Assembly: GCA_963731735.1 (NCBI GenBank)
Contig: CAVSWO010000002.1
Span: forward strand, 64,529-128,528
DNA length: 64,000 nucleotides
Direction: 5' to 3'
Source of the DNA: Candidatus Kerfeldbacteria bacterium
Lineage (GTDB): Bacteria; Patescibacteriota; Patescibacteriia; SBBC01; CAIJZX01
The position numbers and the translations under genes are program-made. Shown one piece after another: positions 59,149 to 64,000 of this stretch. The notes beneath the pieces are model-generated. The model saw nothing but the letters and a program-made list of their open reading frames with translations. It was not told the DNA's origin and made no database searches. Position 1 is the first letter of the stretch; every line of letters begins with the position of its first letter.

Positions 59149-59567
59149 TACCGAATTCCGGTTTTGGTCAACGTGTGTTGGCCGGCGGCTAATGACTGAT
59201 AGCTACGTTCGAGGTGAAAGGTAATCCCAAAGTCATCGCGATCCGGTACCCGGCTGACCGTATACTTAAATTTGCCCGGGTCTTGCAACGTCCCCAAGCC
59301 CGTCAAATCTCCGGCGAAGCTGCAGGCAGTAACCGGGTCGCCGATCGCGCCGCACCCCTCGGCCGCCCCGGAGTAACTGGCCGATTGGGCATGCAGCACC
59401 GCGAAGGCGGCCGCTACCCGGGTCATGTCAGCAATCCGAATCGCATCCCGGGTCTTGGCCCGCTCAATGCTAAGCAGCAAGGAGGCGGCCAGAACAAAGA
59501 CTCCAAACAGGGCCCCAACAATCAGGGTTTCGGCGAAGGTAAAGCCGGGTCGGTGTTTGTTTTGCAT
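59148..59567 (-). CDS. Pilin-like protein
   Basis: G|FTFAETL...KTRDA.R.AD. Confidence 0.8.
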   Translation of the reverse strand: MQNKHRPGFTFAETLIVGALFGVFVLAASLLLSIERAKTRDAIRIADMTRVAAAFAVLHAQSASYSGAAEGCGAIGDPVTACSFAGDLTGLGTLQDPGKFKYTVSRVPDRDDFGITFHLERSYQSLAAGQHTLTKTGIR

Positions 59568-59607
59568 AGGTAGAGTATAGCAAAAAGCGGCTCTATCTGC
59601 ACCTTTG

Positions 59608-61386
59608 TTATGATTGAACAGGCTCGTCACTCGCCAAGATGCGCTTCCGAAGTTGTTCGAGTTCCTCAAGCTGCTCTGTAATAGGTTGACGATTATAATA
59701 TTCGTGAGTGGCGTAAAGACGAAGAACTTGATTGGTAACTTTGAGGGCTTGATCATTCTCCCCTAACCGATAGAGGGTCTGTGCATATTCAAACGCAATA
59801 TCTGGATGAAACATTTTATCAAGTTCATACGCAGTTTGAAAATCTGCTTGTGCATTCACGACTTTTCCCTGAGCCAAACATACCCTTCCTTTGAGAAAAT
59901 ATAGTACATAGTCATAGTGATTAAAACGAATGGCTCGATCAAGTGTCTCGCGGGCGAGATCAAGATCATTATTTTTTCGTCTCGTCAGGCGGGCATAGAT
60001 TTCGATTGCTACATCGTCCCGAAAGGGGAGCAGTTGTTGAGCCTGGAAACCCCGCTCGATTGCCTCTGAATCCCGTGATTGAGAAAAGGCCCGGTTGGCC
60101 GCCTGGCTGGCTTGCCAATCACGAATAATGAATCCACCAAACCCCAAGAGACCAACCGAAATTCCAGCTATCAGGATTCGAGTTCCAATTCGAGCTCCAG
60201 TGAGATGATTCGTTATCGTGTAACGCCCAATCCAGAGTCCAGAAATACACCACCAGGTAATTTGAACGGCCGGAAATTCCCAACTGAAATCAAATCCCGC
60301 ATGTACCGCCACCGCAAGCCAACCAAGCCAAAGACCATATATCCAAGGATACAATCCAGTTGTTTGGGAGTGTTGCACCACGCGCCATCCCATCCAGCCG
60401 ATTAACACAAACGAGCCAATAACGATGATGGTCACCAAGATCCCGGTTTCGGCTAAGAGTTGTGCGTATAAGTCGTGGACATAGAGTGGTTGTTCAAAAA
60501 TTTGATTTGTAAATTGCGGTAGCACTAGCTGAAACGAACCAAGTCCCCAACCTGTCAACGGTTTGGCCAGAAACATTTGCCAAGCATTACGAGTAAACTC
60601 AATCCGCTGTTCAACGCTTTTTGAGCGCAACGCAATGGCGTTGTTGCGGATAGCTGACGGTAGGATCATGGCTGACCCTAAAACCACCAACGTCGCCACC
60701 ACCATTCCAATCCGCTGGCGGTTTTGGTGTCGTAGCGGCCCTCGAACAAGGAAAATAAGCATTGAGGGAAGGCTGGCCATATAGGCCGTCAAGGATCCGC
60801 TAAATACAAATGGGACAAACAATATGCCAAAGCACACATAAGCCCACCATGTTTTTTTCCATTCTGACCATAGAATTGGCACAAGCAACCATACGCCGAA
60901 AAGTAAGTATCCACCTATCGCATTTGCATTTCCCAGTAATCCAGCGGTTCGAGCGGTGTGGGTCGTGAGCTGTAGAATGATTGCGTAGATGGCGCTTGGA
61001 ATTTGCAACCCGATAATTACCCATCCAAGCCCCCGGATAAAGCCAGGTATGGATTGCCAGGAAGCGATCAGGATGAGCATAAAAATTCCGAGAAACCACC
61101 AAATATATTCAGTTAATCCTCGAGTTTGTAGCGCGCCTTGATGAATCGTTGCAATAGCAAGAACAAAAAGCACGCCCAATAGCCAAGCGACCGGTCGCCA
61201 AGGAATCGCTGCATATTGGCGGAGGGTCCAAAGTAATCCTGTCAAGGCTATTACCAGTGTTTCAACACCAATCACCATCCGATCCCACTGACCAGTGAAT
61301 ACAGCCGGCACGCCAAGTACGAGAATCAGACCCGTCAAAACAGGTAGGGGGAGTACTGAGAACTTTGCTTCTACAGAAGTGTCCAT
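59608..61386 (-). CDS. O-antigen ligase/O-oligosaccharyltransferase family protein with C-terminal TPR
   Basis: R..G.LGNANA, PLTGWGLGSF, HDLYAQLLAETG; many TM segments. Confidence 0.85.
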   Translation of the reverse strand: MDTSVEAKFSVLPLPVLTGLILVLGVPAVFTGQWDRMVIGVETLVIALTGLLWTLRQYAAIPWRPVAWLLGVLFVLAIATIHQGALQTRGLTEYIWWFLGIFMLILIASWQSIPGFIRGLGWVIIGLQIPSAIYAIILQLTTHTARTAGLLGNANAIGGYLLFGVWLLVPILWSEWKKTWWAYVCFGILFVPFVFSGSLTAYMASLPSMLIFLVRGPLRHQNRQRIGMVVATLVVLGSAMILPSAIRNNAIALRSKSVEQRIEFTRNAWQMFLAKPLTGWGLGSFQLVLPQFTNQIFEQPLYVHDLYAQLLAETGILVTIIVIGSFVLIGWMGWRVVQHSQTTGLYPWIYGLWLGWLAVAVHAGFDFSWEFPAVQITWWCISGLWIGRYTITNHLTGARIGTRILIAGISVGLLGFGGFIIRDWQASQAANRAFSQSRDSEAIERGFQAQQLLPFRDDVAIEIYARLTRRKNNDLDLARETLDRAIRFNHYDYVLYFLKGRVCLAQGKVVNAQADFQTAYELDKMFHPDIAFEYAQTLYRLGENDQALKVTNQVLRLYATHEYYNRQPITEQLEELEQLRKRILASDEPVQS

Positions 61387-61416
61387 ATGCTATGGACTAA
61401 GTATACACAATAAAAC

Positions 61417-61443
61417 AAAAAAGGCAGCCAGGCTGCCTTTTTT
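61417..61443. terminator. Bidirectional intrinsic terminator after major pilin
   Basis: AAAAAAGGCAGCC A GGCTGCCTTTTTT. Confidence 0.8.
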
Positions 61444-61456
61444 GCCTACCGTTTAA

Positions 61457-61928
61457 CTACGGACAGCTATTAACACCTGTACATGACTGCTCTGTCGCAG
61501 TTTCTGTGGCGACACCATTACTATTCACGTAGTAATATGGTGTGGCTCCTCCTTCAAGTTGCACGGAGATTAGGAACGCTTTTAAGCCTGCTTCTGCCTT
61601 ATATTTATAGACCGAGAAATCGGCACCTCCTGACGGCGGATTTGGCCAAGCACCCATATAAGTTGGCACTAAACCAGCAATAGATATATCTGCGGTACCT
61701 TGACCACCGGTGTTTACCCGGTTAACGTTTCCGCTTGCGGGGTACTACGCCTACATCGTCATAGTAGAGCACTAGAGCCGTCCGGATTTGCGACAAGTCG
61801 CTCTTACGTTGCGCGTCTCGAGCCTTTTCACGGGCGCCGTTCAGCGAAACCAAACCGATCGCCGACAAAATACCAATGATGGCAATCACGACGAGTAGCT
61901 CGATAAGTGTAAATCCTTTCTTTTGCAT
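61457..61928 (-). pseudogene. Probable major type IV pilin, frameshifted near 61747 (possible assembly error)
   Basis: G|FTLIELLVVIAIIGIL..AREKARDAQRKSDL; continues YPASG...LVPTYM...CP in another frame; SD AAAGGAGGTGA. Confidence 0.8.
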
Positions 61929-62041
61929 TTCGTTCACCTCCTTTCGCTGAGAACAGCGCGAAAACCGAAAAGGTCAGAGATCACGGATCCCCTGATCCCT
62001 ATGCGAATCGATTCTCCCGGCTGTTCGTTAGGTTTTTCATG

Positions 62042-62062
62042 TTATCCACAAGTAGTATAGCA
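62042..62062 (-). promoter_or_regulatory. Pilin promoter (extended -10) with perfect DnaA box over the predicted start site
   Basis: TGCTATACT then TGTGGATAA (TTATCCACA at 62042-62050). Confidence 0.55.
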
Positions 62063-62094
62063 CTTTTTCGGCCTGTTGGCGACCGTTATTTTCC

Positions 62095-63306
62095 TCAATT
62101 AATCGCGCTTGAAAGGTTATACAGCGGCAGCAGGACGGCCATCACGATCACCGCCACCGCACCGCCCATGACGACCAAAATCAACGGTTCGATAATACTG
62201 ACTAGGTTCGCCACCAAGTTTTCGAGCTCCTTGGCGTAAAATGCCGACAATTTGTCTAATATCAGGTCGAGTTTCCCGGTTTGTTCGCCGACGATCATCA
62301 TTTGGGGCAACATTGGGGGGACAACTTTACTTTGGACAAAGACCGTGGCAATCGAGTTTCCGGCCTCGACTTCAGTAATCGTCTGTAACGTCAGTTCGCG
62401 GTACAAGACGTTGCCGATCACGTCTGACACAATCTCCAGCGAACGGGTAACCGGAATACCGCTGGCGACCAAGGTCGAGAAGCTGCGTGAAAATCGAACC
62501 AGATAAATTTTTTGGAAAATTTGTCCGAAAACCGGCAAGTGAAATTTAATGTTATCCCACTGCCGCCGACCAGCCGGTGTATGGATATAAAATCGTACCA
62601 AAAACGCGCCAATCCCGATCAGGGCAATCAGCAACCACCAATAATTCGTAAGGAAACTGCTGATCCCAATCAAAATCTTGGTGGCCACCGGTAATTCCGC
62701 GCCACCGGCTTCCAGAGCATCCGTCAATTTCGGGATGACGAAGATCATCATTAACGTTCCAATGATAACCATCGCCCCTAAAATGAAGGACGGGTAAATC
62801 ATGGCGCCGCGAATCTTCTGGTCCAGGTCATAATCTTTTTCCTGCTGGTCGGCCAAGTAGTTAAGGGTTTCATCAAGTTTCCCGGTCGTTTCACCGGACC
62901 GAACCATGTGAATGAAGAAATCCGTAAAGGCCTGCGGATAGCGGGCCAAACTGGCCGATAATCGCGCGCCGCCGTCAACTTCATCGGCAATTTCGGAAAT
63001 AATGATTTTGAAGGTGATGTTGGTGGTTTGTTTGACCAGGATGCGAAGGGCCTGCACGATCGGGACGGTGGCCGAAATCATCACCGCCAATTGCCGGGCA
63101 AACAGGACCACGTCCTTTTTTGGCACCCGGTTAAAGAAACCGAGTGACGATTGGAATATCGTCAGGTGCTTTCGCTCTTTGAGGGAAACCACGATCAATT
63201 CACGCTCTTTGAGCGTATCCTGGGCCACCGCCTCACTCGGCGCCTCGACGGCGCCCGTTACGGATGTCCCCTCAGGGTCTTTGGCTTTGTAATCGTAGAC
63301 TGGCAT
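62095..63306 (-). CDS. pilC: Type IV pilus platform protein (T2SS F family)
   Basis: F.RQLA.M..A..P, GE.TGKLD, AMIYP, GEQTGKLD, IIEP. Confidence 0.95.
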   Translation of the reverse strand: MPVYDYKAKDPEGTSVTGAVEAPSEAVAQDTLKERELIVVSLKERKHLTIFQSSLGFFNRVPKKDVVLFARQLAVMISATVPIVQALRILVKQTTNITFKIIISEIADEVDGGARLSASLARYPQAFTDFFIHMVRSGETTGKLDETLNYLADQQEKDYDLDQKIRGAMIYPSFILGAMVIIGTLMMIFVIPKLTDALEAGGAELPVATKILIGISSFLTNYWWLLIALIGIGAFLVRFYIHTPAGRRQWDNIKFHLPVFGQIFQKIYLVRFSRSFSTLVASGIPVTRSLEIVSDVIGNVLYRELTLQTITEVEAGNSIATVFVQSKVVPPMLPQMMIVGEQTGKLDLILDKLSAFYAKELENLVANLVSIIEPLILVVMGGAVAVIVMAVLLPLYNLSSAIN

Positions 63307-63307
63307 A

Positions 63308-64000
63308 CTATCGAATCAGGGTTTTCAACTGGTTAGGATCCTGGGCATGGGGCAGCGCGTCTTCGATCACAATCACGTTGTCCCGGACTAATTGTGCCAG
63401 TTGTCGGTCAAAAGACACAAGCCCCGGCTGTCGGGAAGTTTGGAGTACGTTGGCTAACTGTACCAGCGCCCCGTCACGGAGCACGGCTCGGACCGGCTGG
63501 GTCGGGATCATGACTTCCACCACCGGCACGACTCCGCCGCCGACGCGCGGCAGCAGTTTTTGCGTGATAATGCCGGCTAAAACATTGGCCAGCTGGGCGC
63601 GCGCCTTGGCCACTTCAGTCGACGGAAAACTGTTCAGAATTTTTTCAATCGTGCCGAGCACCGAGTCAGTGTTCATGGTTGAAATCACCAGCCGGCTAGC
63701 TTCAGCCGCGTCAAGCATGGCGGTGATTTCTTCACGGCTTTCGGCTTCCGAGACCACGATCACATCAACGTCATCCCGGTTAGCGGCGCGAATGGCTTGT
63801 TCGGTACTTAGCGCGTCGCGACCGATTTCGCGCTGCTCAATAATACTTTGGTTATTGACGAACAGGTGCTCGATCGGATGCTCGATGGTTACGATATTCA
63901 GGGTTCGGCTTTCATTCATGTCATTAATCAGGGCGTTCAGGGTGGTCGTTCGTCCAGATCCGTACGGTCCGGTCACCAGCACCAATCCTTTATTGAGTTT
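63308..64000 (-). CDS. PilT/PilU-like ATPase (5'-truncated by window), degenerate motifs
   Basis: LVTGPYGSGRTTT, TIEHPIE, EQREIG.D, TQKLLPR. Confidence 0.85.
   Translation of the reverse strand, partial: KLNKGLVLVTGPYGSGRTTTLNALINDMNESRTLNIVTIEHPIEHLFVNNQSIIEQREIGRDALSTEQAIRAANRDDVDVIVVSEAESREEITAMLDAAEASRLVISTMNTDSVLGTIEKILNSFPSTEVAKARAQLANVLAGIITQKLLPRVGGGVVPVVEVMIPTQPVRAVLRDGALVQLANVLQTSRQPGLVSFDRQLAQLVRDNVIVIEDALPHAQDPNQLKTLIR

Noticed and set aside
1-64000. CRISPR or other tandem guide-like arrays, transposases, reverse transcriptases, prophage genes, rRNA
   Set aside because: No regularly spaced direct repeats or matching protein motifs were seen by eye; short degenerate arrays could have been missed.

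Overview
Chromosomal window from a Patescibacteria/CPR bacterium, probably Parcubacteria/ABY1-like. This is inferred from rpmD/L30 missing from the spc cluster, extended r-proteins, CPR-type CxxxxxxCPDGSxVGRxxPNCxFAxCP proteins and a CPR-style type IV pilus cluster. It holds the str-S10-spc ribosomal superoperon, dnaB, ybaB-recR, ligA, gatCA, ndk, two tRNAs (Lys-UUU, Pro-GGG), metal transporters, several secreted glycan-active proteins and a type IV pilus locus. Main unexplained signals: (1) three promoter-preceded, highly structured intergenic RNA candidates (~5330-5618, ~18535-18770, ~52530-52707) plus a fourth behind tRNA-Pro, none recognisable as RNase P, tmRNA, SRP or 6S. The first sits in a small islet at tRNA-Lys. 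(2) Two unrelated secreted proteins end in the same DxTxPAAVxDLRxx tail, a candidate sorting or donor-strand signal. (3) A pseudoknotted leader before rplC, twin palindromes upstream of tuf, and a DnaA box plus structured leader on the major pilin. (4) Pervasive leaderless promoter architecture. Five +1 frameshifts in four genes probably reflect assembly errors. All structures were read by eye, with no folding or database search.
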